Assembly (NCBI RefSeq): GCF_036321535.1
Contig: NC_087437.1
Span: 91,080,001 to 91,144,000, forward strand
Direction of reading: 5' to 3'
DNA: 64,000 nt
DNA from: Camelus dromedarius
Lineage: Eukaryota
The position numbers and the translations under genes are program-made. Numbering within the stretch: position 1 is the stretch's first letter; each line of letters begins with the position of its first letter. Positions 1 through 13,559 of the stretch are shown here, in pieces. The notes under the pieces are model-generated. The model did no database searches. It worked only from the letters and a program-made list of their open reading frames with translations, and was not told the origin of the DNA.

Positions 1-1682
1 AAACCTCTTACATGTATAATAAATTTAAAGTTTAGTTTACTGTAATATCAATATCTAAGTAAACAGTGTGATATAGCTCTGAAAAGACCTTAAAGGGAGA
101 TCCTTAACTGAAGAGAAAGTTGATAGCTATCCCATAAATGTACTGCTTCAAGTACCACCTTCATCTCCAACACCCCTGACTTTGCTTTAGTTCACATTTA
201 CCTTTCTCCTCAAAACTTTTGAAGCGGCCCCTTATCTTTTCTCATGCATCTGGATTTGCTTTACTACAGTCCTCTATGCTGCTAATCATCCTTCTAAAAA
301 TAACTGCTTTTTTTCACTGAAAATAATAAGATAACTTCCACTAACCCTAAAGATTGAAGGCTCAGTTCATTAGTATGTTATGTAAGGCCCTGCTTAATTG
401 TGTAGTCAGGGGTTTAGTCTGTGCCTAAGTTCTTGTACAGGTCTATCAATACTTAACTACCCACACTCTAAAACTCATCGTAAGTTTTACCATTTCTAAG
501 AAGCAGTTATGAATCCTCTCTCTGTCTAAAACACATATGTATTTAGTCTTTTATGTACTTTTAAGGTACACATATATACTTCAATCTGTATCTCCCTTAG
601 ACCAAGGCGAAAGAGGCCTCTGATCTTGGCCAGTACATTAGAAGACCCACAGTTCATAAAAACATAGCAAATTAATTTAATAAAGTACACTTGGGCACCT
701 CTGTCACTCTGGATCCAATGCTTAAGGTTGGCACAGGGTGATCATAACCCTAAATATCTGTTCCGTGAGCATTGTCTTTCTGGACCTAGGATAATTTGCA
801 GTATCACTTGCATATGTCCTTGAAATAATGGATGTCTGAATACTGAGAACATTTGTGGATTGTACTGCTGCCTACACGTTAAAATGCACTGTGACAGAGT
901 GTGGAGACAATTTGAGCATCAGAAGCATTTAGGTAAGAGAAAAGACAAATTAATTAACTTGTCAAATCCTTCTTCCCAGCATGAATGTAATAGATCCCTG
1001 CATAACCAAGTATCATTTCCCAATAGCACTCAGCGACCTTTTATTCTTTCTTAACTTTTGTTTCAATTCTTGATTCCAGAGATACTCCAGAATTACATGC
1101 TGTTCAGCACAGTTGCACACGGTGATTGAAGACATATTGAAATATTAAACAATCTGTCTTACTGTAAATGTATATATGTAGACTTAGATGAAATATATGT
1201 ATAACATGATACCAATTTTTTTCATCCGTAACAATATGAAAATTGACTACTAGCATTTTGAATAGTTTTATTTTTCATAAAAATCTAATGATTTAATTTT
1301 TCAAAAATTTAAATTACTAACTTGATATTTATAGCCTTTTGATATTAAAGTGTTGATTTTCTTTTAATTTTAGTGAATAACTTTATTTGAAAAATATTTT
1401 TGAAAAAATAATGTTTGAATTTTATACTTACTTTCATTTTAATTTTAGAAAAGTATATACAAATTATACTCTTTTTGAGTCTTAGAATTTACTATCAGTA
1501 GGTCAAAAATTTTGTGAAAATACCCAAAAGAAGAGATTTTGCTACTGTGATGACAAAAAAATTGTATAAAATAATTATATAATAATTTATTAATTACATT
1601 TAAATTTTCATCCAAATGTTGCTACCCCATCAATCAGACAATCAAATATGGAACATATATAGTCAATTAAATATCTCTGAAC

Positions 1683-1823
1683 CATCTGTATGAGATGACA
1701 GATGTTGATTAAAATTCAGGTGGTAATCATTCCATTTTGTAAGTCAAATCATTAAGCTGTACAACTTAAACTTACATGATGCTGTGTGTCGATTACATCT
1801 CAATGAAACTGAAAGGGGAAAAA
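1683..1823 (+). mobile_element. LINE-1 3' terminal fragment (L1MA/laurasiatherian-type 3'UTR end)
   Basis: ...gtaagtcaaatcattaagctgtacaacttaaacttacatgatgctgtgtgtcgattacatctcaatgaaactgaaaggggaaaaa matches the typical L1 3' end (gctgtacaccttaaacttatacagtgctgtatgtcaattatatctcaataaaactgg + A tail). Confidence 0.75.
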
Positions 1824-2429
1824 CAGTCTCTGGTATTTTGCTGATTTCAGTCACATAAATATCTCAGCTTTTTGTGATTTTTCTAATTTGTTGATGTGAA
1901 GGTATAATTGTGACAGTATGAGGGAAGAGCATTTTTAACAGTTTACGTATGTATTTCTAACTCTTGAATATAATCTGTCCTCTTTAGTGCCATAAGTGTA
2001 ATAGATTAACATCTTCCTACTATGTTGAAATAGTTCATTCTCTTCTTTTCTGTGGCCATTTCAATATGGAACCAAACATAATCTCTTTCCCTGGTCAGTA
2101 TAAGAAATGAAGTATTCAAACAAAATAAATTGTTCTAGGAAACTGACCAACCCAAGCCCAAAGCATGTTTATGTGGAAACCTTTAATCACATATAAGTGG
2201 TTATTACTACCTGGAATCCTAGAGTCCAAGGCCAGGTTTGATAGCAATTTAAACAGAAATACCTTAAGATTCCCTTTTGCTTCACTAAACCTCAGCTTTC
2301 AATTTTGAGGCTGTTGTTTTATAAAGCACTTTCTTCTTTAACTCTGGACTCGAGACACCTTATTGTCCAAAGTTTATTCCTTGGCATGTTTGAAGATACA
2401 GCAGTTATTTGAACAGTTTCTAGTTGTTT

Positions 2430-2546
2430 AAGGGAGGTCATTGATTAATTTATTTTCATCCCTAACACCTAGCTTAGTGATTGGCATACAGTGAGTACTC
2501 AATATAGACTTGTTTAATGAATACATAAATGGACAAATGAATGAAT
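2430..2546 (+). mobile_element. L2 (LINE-2) 3' end
   Basis: cacctagcttagtgattggcatacagtgagtactcaatatagacttgtttaatgaat...aatgaatgaat resembles the L2 3' terminus with its (ATGA)n tail. Confidence 0.7.
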
Positions 2547-2879
2547 TAGAGGTGATGATATCAATCTACTCTCCATTCAGGATACATTGCCTATAGGTTT
2601 TTCTTTTCAGTTTTAGAGTCTACATATTAAATGTGAAATATATACACATATGTTTTGGGAAATTAGTAGGCAGGCTGTTTCAGACACATAAAATGCTCCT
2701 CTAGACAGCTGACAGGACTAGGTATGCCAGGATAAAAAAAAAAAAAAAAGGTGAAGAGTTTTGAAAGGGACTTTCTTTTTTAAATATTTGAAAATACAAA
2801 AAGACTTCTGTGCTATGTGTACATTCCTTGTGTACACATTTTCTTAGATAGTAATAACTAGCAATTATATAATTTTCCT

Positions 2880-3068
2880 CAGTCCCAGACAAACTGGTCT
2901 AAGCAATTTTACAAATAACTCATTTTATGTTTATAAAAACTCTTTACGGTAGTTACTTTCATTTATCCTCATTTTACAGTTGAGGAATCTGAGGTACAAA
3001 GTTTTTAAGTAACAAAGTCAGAGCTGAGCAGGGTCAGTGCTTTTAACCACTATGCACTCTGCCTCTCT
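2880..3068 (-). mobile_element. MIR SINE
   Basis: Reverse-strand MIR core cctcattttacagttgaggaatctgaggtaca and 5' end gcttttaaccactatgcactctgcctc. Confidence 0.8.
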
Positions 3069-3799
3069 GCTGTTTTTCTTTCTTTCTTTCTTTTTTTTTT
3101 TTCCTCTGTCTCATTTTTCCCTGAAAGGTATGAATATTACACTATTATTTGTATAGTGAAGAGGAAGTTATTGAACATTAAATATAATTAAGAGAGAAGG
3201 TTTTAGGAAAGTGGGGAAGAAAATACTGGCCTTTGCCAAAGACTTGCTTTCTTATATCTAGGAGGAGCTGAGACTTCCCAATATGGGATTTTGGTTGATA
3301 GGACCTTATATGGTACTTTATCATGTAGGCAGATCAGGATATCAATTAATACAGGACAAGCAGCATCAGAATACAAATAATTTCAGTTAAAAATCAGATT
3401 GTCCAATTGCATCTATTGCAATATATTGGTTCTGTACTTTCTGAGATTTTGTTAAAATTTTCTTTAGATATTTTAGCATTTTCCAGTCTTTAATAAAAGA
3501 TGTTAATGAGGAGATTATATGTCCAAAATTGGCCCATAGTACTAAGTGTAACACAGCATCATTAAGGATATATTTCTACAAGAAAGATAAATCTCTGGAC
3601 AAGAGGAGTCATCCAGAAACACTCTATAGCTTAAATCAGAAACAAGAAAACTTAGTTTTATATTTTCTAAGAAAGCTGTCTACCCTCCTTATATATTGTT
3701 ATATTAGAAAGATGCTGAACTGAAGAAATTTTGTTTTTCTCCTATGTTGTTTACAGGAGTAAAAGTATTGACAAGCTAATTCAACTTTCTAATTATGAG

Positions 3800-5750
3800 C
3801 AATGCCTTCTTAATAGTACATGGCATTTTAAACTTAGTGGAATATATTTTAAAGGAAATGAAAAAATATTAATATTAAGCAGGTGGGAGAAAGATAAGAT
3901 TGGCCTAACAACCTCTTTTGGTGCATGAACAATACTGCATTGTGGCAACACTGGGTGCAAGGAGCCCAACTAGTAAGCTTTTGCAGTAGGTAGGTAATAA
4001 GTGATAGTGTTTTAGACTAGAGTTATAAACAACACATAGAGGAATAGGTGCATTTAGGCTACATTTACAAAGAAGAGTAAGAATTTTATAATAAATTTTA
4101 TGATAATATAACCTAGGCTACATCTGGGAGGAAGAATTAGAATTTTATGGTATAGTTGCATGTGAGGAAGAATGGAGAGTAAGGACAACACACAAGTTTC
4201 TTGTTTGGGCAGTTAGGAGTGCAAATGACAAATATGTAGTTTGAAATTTCCAAACATTTGTATGGAAATAATATGCCTAGTGTTGGATATAGATTTAGGG
4301 ATAGTCAGCATATAGCTGGTCATTCATTTAGTAAATAAGTATTGCATGCTGAATGCGTGTCAAGCCAGCTGGTTGTCTTGGAGATTGCAATGGGATTCAG
4401 TCTAATGTTGCTTTTACCTAGTAGTTGAGTTAGGTTTAGTTAGAAAGATACATGCTGTAAGATAGTATCAGCCTTGATGGTCAGAGAGATTTCTAGAGAA
4501 AGGAACATTAAGTTGAAACATGTCATTAAATTGAGTATGTTGGGAGGAGGAAAAGGATGGAATTTCTGGAATAATAAGTGGCACATGAAAATGGGCAGGA
4601 ACAAAACCAGCTTTGGAGGTAAAAAGAAATACTGTATGATTGTAGCTCAAAGGAGAAGAAAGCAAGAAGTATGATATATGACTGGTAAGTTGGTAGGAAC
4701 CACATGACACAAGTCTTTGTGGGTCATATTGGTAGCCAGGAAGCTATTTCATCTGGAAAAAAAATTTTATTTTGTATTTAAAAGACTTTAGCTGCTGTGT
4801 GAAGATTATATGAAAACCATGAGGGCATGGAGATGCAATGTAGATACCCAAAACTTATTTCATCTCTGTAGAAAACTGATATCATTGATATCATCATTTG
4901 GATTAGGATACTTGAAGAAGACCTAAATGGATGTGGATAGAATTTAAATATTTATTATACAGAATTTATAGGAATTTAATATGTATTCAACATGGAGATA
5001 GTTAGGATGACCTTTTGGAATTTTAACCTGAGTTTGCATATTGTTTATTGGGGGAAAAGAAACATTTGAGAAGTTGCAAATGTTTTGGTCTGAGAGGAAA
5101 CAGGTAAAGGGGTCCCTATTGGACTTACTAAATCCATGGAACTTCAAGTCAAAAGTTCAGTTATATAACTTGCTATGTAGATCTACTGTTCAGTTAGAAA
5201 AAAATGGGTATAAAGTAAAAGGCATTAATAATCTGGAGGTCCCGCTGATGACATATAATAATGTGAGTGGGAGTTCTTTATCAATCAGACTATCACAGGA
5301 TAGAAGACTATGATTAGAGATTTAGAAGTTTGAGTAAGTAATCTCAGAGGTGTGATGACTTTCAAATGACTTTGTTCATAGTTTATTATTGATTGTCAGT
5401 ACAAAGTGGATCAAGATAAGCAGATAAAGAATGTAAAAGTAGAAGAGACTCAGGAAAGAATCCTGAGCAATTATTTAAAATTTGGTAGTTGAGGAGGAAC
5501 CAGAAAAAAGCTTGAATAAAAGATTCATGGTAATTTAGACAATACAAAAAAAGAAAAAAACAAATAGATGCACAAATAAACTGGTAGTTATATTGTCATG
5601 CAAGAAAAAAGTAAAGAGATATTGGCAAAGAAAGTGTTCAGTGTTTTCATATCTAGCCAAATGGACAGGCAAAAAAACTACAAAGTATAATTTGGATTTT
5701 TGTCATTGATTTATTACTAATGAAGTGGCTAGGAGGAAAAATGTAGATAA
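3800..5750 (-). mobile_element. Cluster of decayed L2 fragments
   Basis: Reverse L2 3' end at ~4320 (cattcatttagtaaataagtattg...gccag) and purine-rich L2 body motifs (ttgggcagttagg, gatagtcagcatatagctgg, caggaaagaatcctgag). Confidence 0.55.
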
Positions 5751-8167
5751 CTTGTGTGAATAACAGAATGAGTATCTATTATTCATCAATAATATAACTA
5801 CTATTATTTCACTAGGAAACAGTAATACACTAATACATACTGTAACTGCTGTTAAAAAGCTTTAAATATAGGGTGTTACCACCGGGTCCAGTGCAATTGA
5901 AAGTTACTTGCCTAAGACAGATTATGAAGGCAGTATTTGTCTACTTAGTATTTTGCACTAGATACTGGAAAGGCTTAATGTAAGATATTTAGAATGGTAC
6001 TATTATAAATACATTCATATTACTCACTACCACATAATCCTATACCTGATTTTTTTTTTGCAAATATACTTATTTATATATTGAACTCCATCAAAAGTAG
6101 ATATTCATTATTAAATAACTATACATGACTACAAAGTATGTGTAATAGTATTTTGGAATATACAACTATTTATATAGTCTCCTTTAGTAAAAAATAAATG
6201 ATAGTAAATACTTTTTATTTCCATAATAGAATGTATTTCTCAAGGTCATACAAGAAATAAAATGTAGTCAGAAAAAATAAAGTATACATGTTCCTGTTTA
6301 CTTGAAAAACAGAGCATTTTCTTCAGTCTAGATTTTTCATCAGGATACAGTTATTGCTTTTGCTCTTATCACTCATTCTTCTTTACTTTGTGTTAAAAGT
6401 ATTTGTTGGTATAAACTGTGAGTTTTCAGAGATGGTTAAGATCAATAAAGACCAAAGAAGGAAATAAAGTCTCCCAAGAAGGAAAAGACAATACTTAGTA
6501 TTTTGGAGCTTCCTAGCGGAATTGGGAATTAGGACCACTCCAGGTGGCTCTTAAAATCATCTAAAACTTTCACTGTATGGCAGTATGCCAAGAAGAAAAT
6601 CATAAAAATTCAGTTCATGCTAGAAGCTTTTTTGTTTGCTAATCTTTTGAACATTCAGACTATTAATATTAAAGGAGACTGTCGTCACTTTTCATTTAAA
6701 CAATGTTTAATAACAACCGTCTGATAAAAATTCCACATACCATACAGCCTGCAGTAAAAGTAATTTCTCATGTCCTCATCAACAATGAAACTGTCAAAGA
6801 AGTAAATAATCTCACTGAAGAAGACAATGTACTTACCAGCTCAGAGTTTTTGTTCACTTTTCACAAGCTACTTAATGCAAACGTTGTTACTGTTTTATTT
6901 GACACAATGGTAGGAAAAAAGGGGTGAAAGTAAGTTGAAATATTTTGTTTTGGCTTGTGAAAAACTGTAGATGTCACCAATAGTTTGTTATTACTATTTA
7001 CTGCTTAATCTGCATGTTAAACATTTTTCTTTTCTCCTTTCTTTTGGTAGTAGACATATATTTTCTTTGAGATTAGATAAAAGAGTTTGAGAGAATTCAT
7101 TAAGGACAGGAAACACAAAGAGAAATATATGACTTCAGGTAGATAAATATTTTCAAGATAATTTATTTTTTTACTTAAATAATGCAAAGTCTTGATTAAT
7201 AATGGTACTGACCAAGCAGTCCTTTATTTCAAATTCTAGTATGTTTTCTGATGTTCCCATAGCCATCAGTAACTACTTAGTTGCCTCTTTGAGCAAAGCA
7301 AAGACACAAAACAAAACAAACATTTTTAGTTTTTAGTGTAAATTTTTCATTACTCTTTTTACACTTCACTAATTATTCATTTCATGTCATTATTAAAAAA
7401 CATTTCTTTATCTTGACTATTTTTGTTTTTATTTAGATTTTGGATGAGTCAGCTTAAGATTCTTATGTTTCTTCCTCTTTGTACATAATCAATTCTCTTC
7501 TCTCACATACACATTATTGCAACATATTATTAAGGCAAAAGAAAATTTTCAACCAAGTAATATGAAGTATTAAGCATTTACCAAATATTTATTAACAGCT
7601 TACATGTGGTATGGATATAATAGTGAAGACAGGCATCTGCAGTCTTTGTGATAATTTTCTAAAGGAAAATCTTAGACCTGTACATAATGGCAATAAAATA
7701 TTATTGAGGACAATCATAATGGAAGCATTAAAGTCATAAGAACATTCACTAAGAGCATGTTATCATTCCAAATTAAATCTCCTTAATTGATCACTTTTTA
7801 AGATCTCAACCTATAAAGGAATGTATTTCTTAAGTAAATCCAAGTGTAAAATTCCAAAATGATAAAACAGAATAATTCACCCCACAAAGGCCTCTTTTTT
7901 TATCAAATGATTCTGTTAGTGTCATCACAAAAGCACTTTTCAATTTGTAAATCATCAAAATACATGTGTGTGTGTGTGTATATGTATACAAGAGATTATA
8001 TACTAACAAAGCAAAATTTATCTTCAATAAAAATATTTACAAAGTATGTTTTCTCTTTTTACATTCATAAAGATGAAAAACAAACCACCAAGAAAATTAA
8101 TAGGCAAAACATATCAAACACTTGTAATATCAGACAATTTGCTAGTGCTTTATATGCATCAGTTTAT

Positions 8168-8292
8168 ATAGCAGTTCTCAGTGTGTGGTTTCTTGATCTG
8201 CAGCATCTGACTAAAAACTTGTTTAAAATGAAAAATCTTACTGGAAACGCAGAGTGATGCTGACACAAGCTAAAGGTTTAGAACTACTAAGC
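8168..8292. mobile_element. MER5A-type hAT/Charlie MITE (internally deleted)
   Basis: Starts gcagttctcagtgtgtggtttcttgatctgcagcatc and ends gtgatgctgacacaagctaaaggtttagaactact, resembling both MER5A termini. Confidence 0.6.
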
Positions 8293-8309
8293 TAATATAA
8301 TTTGCATAA

Positions 8310-8475
8310 CTCTTTTTTAATGCATGGTCTATTGTTTTCACCATTTTAAAGAGGAAAGTCTTCGCTAGATTATTTATCTTGCCCCAAGTGACAAAGCAAG
8401 TAAGTGATGGGTGTGTGTCCAAACCCAAACACTTGTTTGATTCCATCCCTGTGACTTACTCACATCACTACGCTC
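8310..8475 (-). mobile_element. MIR SINE
   Basis: ccattttaaagaggaaag...cttgccccaagtgacaaagcaagtaagtgatgg...aaacccaaac is the reverse MIR core. Confidence 0.7.
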
Positions 8476-9899
8476 TTGACATATAAGTAGTAAGATAGGT
8501 TTTAGGTACTTTTAAGAAGGGAATTAACCATAGCATGAGAATCATGTCTCCCAAGTGTAAGATTTGGTTTGCTCTCTCTTTTTTTTCTTTTTTTTCCCTC
8601 TGTATACATATACAATTTTCCTGTGAGTTTTAAACTAGAGGCCATATTGAAAAACTAGTTTCATAGAAGATTTTCAGGGAAGATTTGGACAGTAATTAGT
8701 CTACACAAAACTTTTTTATTGATTCTCCTTGACATTTTGCTTGCTGTGTTTATTTAGGTAAAATTCACCAGGTCCATAAAACCTACACCTAATCTTAACA
8801 TCCAATTAAAATAGATCAAATAGGATCAAAGAAGGTACACTCATGATACATTTTTAAGTTAAGAAATATGTATTTTTAGATATACCCGCAAGCATGTAAC
8901 TTCGTAGATCTCTGACGTTTTATTTGGGGAATATAAAGCTGATTACATTGTATGAAGAGCAATGGAAATCTTAAATTACTTAAAAATATTTTTTCTGACT
9001 CTTTCAAACTACCATAAATTCCACTACATTTTTAGTGTTTCCTTAATGATGCTATGTCATAAACCACTATACCAATCTATCCATACTATTGCAAAGTTAC
9101 ATAGAATCACCTTAGCAAATATTTTTGGCATTGACAGGTAAATGAGAATCAGAAACATCTAGGGATAATCTAGTTGCAGTTTGATTTTGACACAGTGAAA
9201 GGGAGACAGCTATTTCCATGTCCCAGTGCACTTCGAAAATAGAACTTGTCTATGGATTTTACCATGCGTTTATCCCTAGTTGGCTAAGTGCAACTTGAAG
9301 ATCATGGGTTGGTAAAAGTGGCAGATTGAGTTGGAAGAGGAGAAAGAAAGAAATATTTGGGAGAGCTACTTGGTTACTTTAGTAAACATACGTAGAATTT
9401 GTTTTTATTTTTGTTTTGTTTTAATCTCAGACTGTTCTTGGATGTGTCAAGAAATTACACCACACCTATGGAAGTTCTGTGTTATTTGAAAGGTAACCAA
9501 AATATTCACATAAATGAAGATTAAAATGTCTCCTTTGTTATCAATAAACACTGTTTTTGGAGAACACAACTTGGATAAGCAGCCAAAAAGACTTGCTAAC
9601 TTTTATGTGAATTAATTCTACCCCTACTTTTGTAGAAATTCATCATGGAGCAGAGTTTTTTCCTGCTAAGGTGTTAAGAGATCACACCAGTATTTGTTTT
9701 CTCTGGGGAAGGTGCATCAACAAAGAAGGGTGAGAGAAAGAATTGAGGTGAACATGTCTGGTTTTCTCTCCTAAACTCGCCATTAAGGTAAATCACTATC
9801 CCTTGCCTGTAAGAAGTGGGAAGAGGAAAAATAAAGAGAGGTCAGAGGTTTTATACTTTTTACAGACTTTTTTTTCCCACATGGAAGCATGAAAAATAG

Positions 9900-12030
9900 T
9901 AAACAGATTTGGTGTTCTATATTATTTGGAGAAGACCAAGTGGCTCAACAATAATTCATTGAGGAATACAAAAGTTTACTTCCCATTCATAAAGATTAGA
10001 TAGTGATATTCTAGGTTGGTTGTGCCTAAGCTATGTGATTGGATTGAAATAGCTGAATCAGCTTTAGCAACTTACTTCTAAGCAAAATCCCTGCCCTTTG
10101 GAACTGGAAAAGCATGGAGAAACACACAGGAAGGCTCTAAAGGCCAGGTGTGACTGGGAAAGTCCATGTATTCCCTAGGAGAAAACTTACGGCTTGGTGT
10201 AAAAGAGTAACTAGCAAATGTACTGTAGCCATGGGTCCCAGAAGAGAACAGATTTAGATAGGCAGTTAGCAGCCTCAGTGTATTCTCCTGTGATCACCAA
10301 ATATCTAAGAGCATTCTTTGTCTCACAAAAAGAACATATCCTATATGTTTCCTTAAGGTACTCTATTCCAAGTCCACTTGGTTGCTATACTCAACTCAAA
10401 GTCCAGAACCTCTAGGTGATGTGCATTTCTGTCCACCAGGTTCATTGGGCTTCTTGTGGCCCAATGATCTTACGAAACAAAAGACACATTATAGTGCTGC
10501 TTCCTTCTGCCAAATACATAATACATAGAGGCAGAGCAAGGAGAAATTAAATACAATAAAAATTGTCATCAAAATGAGAAGACTAGAAAATCACGGCAGT
10601 TACTCTTCTATAGCAGCAGTTATCGGTGACTCTGGTGGGCATGTGTGGTCAAAGTATCTTGGTCTGAAAGTTAAGAAAGTTCCTTGAATAAATCAAAGTC
10701 CTACTCTTTGGGGGAACTTTCTTGACTTATTTTTTATAGATTCAGATTTGCCCTCTATGAAGATCTTTCTTCTTCAATATACTCAGATGACCACATCTGA
10801 AGTTAGTGTTTTAGTTGACGTTCTAAACCAAGGATTGCAGCCTTAAAAGCCTGCTTCCTTCTGGTACAACTTTGCCAGACTGGGGTTCATTTTATGAATG
10901 GCTTGATCCCAGACTCTATCATTGCAGTTTGTGGTCACTTTGCAATATAATTTCCCTGAAAATTTAGAAGGCTTCTCATCCTTTTGCTTCCGGTCAGTAG
11001 CCACACATTAACCAAAGTTTTTTCTGGTCATGTTTATTACACCAGATTGATTTCTTTACTTCCTTGCCTTGATGCCTGTCTCTTCATTTATGTATTATCT
11101 TGAGAACAGTTGAAACAGTAGTTTTCGGTAAATGACAACACTCATATTCCTATCTTTGCTGAAGAGCTATGTCACCATAGGAAATATAGGCTATGTTTCT
11201 ATCCTTGCTAATGGGCTATTTTTGTGTTTGAAAATTCTCAATGATATCATTGCTTAAAGTGATTTTCAGCTTTATTGCGTCTGATCATGGTTCAGAAGCA
11301 GTTGGGTTCATTGATGCTGTGAATAGGGTTGCATGATTTAGCAAATAAAAATTCAAGATGCCCAGTTAAATTTGAATTTTAGATAAATATTGGATATTTT
11401 TATTATATCATATATAATAATTGGGACATTCTCATACTAAAACAGTATTTTTTTATTTTTCTGAAATTTAAATTTATCTGAGAGTTTTGTATTTTATCTA
11501 GCAAGGCTGTCTGTGTGGCCCTTAATCTTTGGATTTTCTGTATTTCTTCCATCTCTTTGTTAATCAGCCCATTCTTATTCATGTTGTTTTAATATTTACA
11601 ATACTATCATTATTGTAATATTTTGCTATAAGTGGCAAGGAACAACCAACACGTGCTAGTATTTTTGCTCTTTTCAACAGTTTTGGCTAGATCTGCCGGG
11701 TTGGTAAGCATGTGATCTGCCTTCCAAATTGAAACAGGTGATAATTTTGCTGTAGCGTTGCAAGAGTCTCCAGCTTTCCGCCCTGCTGCATCTGCTGTGT
11801 CTACACTGCAGTGTCCGTTACTTGATAACTAAGCCAGTTCTGCATAGTTACTTGTTGTGGAGGAACTCTGCTACAGTGTACTAGTTTTCTTATTGGTTAA
11901 GTTAGACTAGCCACTTTCAAAAGGCATAAATAATTGAGCTATTTGAAAATAGCAATAATCCAATAGAAAAATGTCTTTCCTCTATTTCACAATGAAGGCC
12001 AATTCCTGGAATCAGAGTATTCTGGTTACA
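9900..12030 (-). mobile_element. Old MaLR (MLT1J/K/L-like) provirus: LTR ~9900-10282, internal ~10283-11888, second LTR from ~11889
   Basis: Reverse LTR end (agcaaatgtactgtagccatgggtcccagaagag...gcagttagcagcctc) joins MLT1-int sequence (tgatcaccaaatatc...caactcaaagtccagaacctctaggtgatgtgc). The other internal/LTR junction is at tgtactagttttc|ttattggttaagttagactag. Confidence 0.6.
11324..11509. mobile_element. MER53 hAT MITE (palindromic), nested in the MaLR internal region
   Basis: tagggttgcatgatttagcaaataaaaattcaagatgcccagttaaatttgaattttagataaa ... ctgaaatttaaatttatctgag...tgtattttatctagcaaggctg closely follows the MER53 consensus; the two arms are inverted repeats. Confidence 0.9.
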
Positions 12031-12344
12031 AACATTTAAACTTATTTTTGTAGTCTTTGGACTTGTCATAGTTTCATTTATTTGCTCTACTCCATTAATC
12101 CAAGAAGACGGCATTATAAAAAGGTCCCATATTATTTTTTGTGTATTTATTAATAAAAAATACATGCATCTGTAGGTGAAACCTAGTTGTTGTTGTTACT
12201 ACTTCCTGGATTGGAAGCCTTGATTAGTGCTTCTATAATGAAATTCAAAGACAATTTGTGACTGAATGCTGGTAACTTTTATTTGATACTGGACCAGCCA
12301 CATAAATCCAAGGTAAAGCCCCTAAAATAATTAAAGTGCATTTC

Positions 12345-12690
12345 CAGGGTGAGAGGTGAATAGGGGGAGCACAGAAGGTTTTTAGGGCAATAAAATAATC
12401 TGCATGTTATCATAATGATTGCTACATGTCATCATACGTTTGTCCAAATCCACAGACTATACAGCACTAAGAGTGAACCATAATGTAAACTGTGGGCTTT
12501 GGGTGATTATGATGTGTCAATTATAGGTTCATCAGTTGTAACAAAAGTACCAATCTGGTTGGGGAATGTTGATAATGGGGAAGGCTATACATGTGTGGGT
12601 GTAGGGTTATAAGGGAAATCTCCGTAACTTCCCCTCAATTTTGCTGTGAATCTTAAACTGCTCTTAAAAAATAGTCAATTTTTAAAAATC
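12345..12690 (+). mobile_element. L1MC1-like LINE-1 3' end
   Basis: tttgtccaaatccacagactatacagcactaagagtgaaccataatgtaaactgtgggctttgggtgattatgatgtgtcaa...caattttgctgtgaatcttaaactgctcttaaaaaatagtc is the diagnostic L1MC1-type 3'UTR. Confidence 0.85.
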
Positions 12691-13559
12691 TATTTGATAG
12701 TTATTTTTATGTGCTTCATTTCTTTTAATAACTTCCCTTTATATACTTTCATCAACTAAATATGAGAGAGAGAATCCTTGTTAATTTTTTGCTTATTTTT
12801 CTAGCTCTAAACATCACATTTCAAAAAACTTGCAACTTGAGTCTAGGAGGGCTACCATATAGTTTTGATAAATGTACAACAAGAGAAAGAACATATTGTA
12901 AGATATTATAGAAAAATTGTTGTATGTCAGTCTTTCCCCTTCAGTTGAAGGATCACTGGCTGGAATGTACAAGAAGCTTCTCATCTTTGACAGTTTATAT
13001 TGAAGACTCACTGACAGCACAATACTATCACGTAGCATCGTATTAGGTGTCAACACTTCAGCAAAAATCTAAAATTCTTTGTCGTATGATTTTGAAGTCA
13101 GAGGGACAATTAGTTTCCTAAGCCTTTCTGTTGACCTTAAAAAACTGTCTTGTTAGTCTTCTAAATGTAGTAAAACCTAATAGAGATTTTTTTACTATAA
13201 ATATTAAAATTGTATACAAGATTTTGTTTTAATTAAACTCAGTAGACAAAAAATGCCAATAGTGAAGAAAATTTTCATATTTATATGTCTAAATCATTCA
13301 TTATTATCTTAAATGTGGATAAGCAGTATAATAAGAATTTGATCAATAATAGCAGAATATATTGATCATATATATCTGATCAATTATATCAAATACGCTG
13401 AGATCCAATGACAATTTGCTTACTAGTATACATGTTTAAAAGCAACCCCATTTAAAAGATTTTGGTAAGATGGAAAATGCTTAATGGACTCTAAGAGATT
13501 CCAGAAATTAGGTAAGAAATTTTACTGTATGCATAAGGACAAATCTCTCTGATCATGTA

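Noticed and set aside
790..940. Plus-strand exon ending TTAG|GTAAGA
   Set aside because: The plausible strong upstream acceptors give stops in every frame, and I recognise no protein.
7859..8257. 132-aa plus-strand ORF
   Set aside because: It runs through a (TG)n tract and into MER5A, has biased AT-rich composition and no recognisable domain.
13338..13390. Clustered TGATCA palindromes and short hairpin
   Set aside because: Short AT-rich stems are expected by chance at this base composition.
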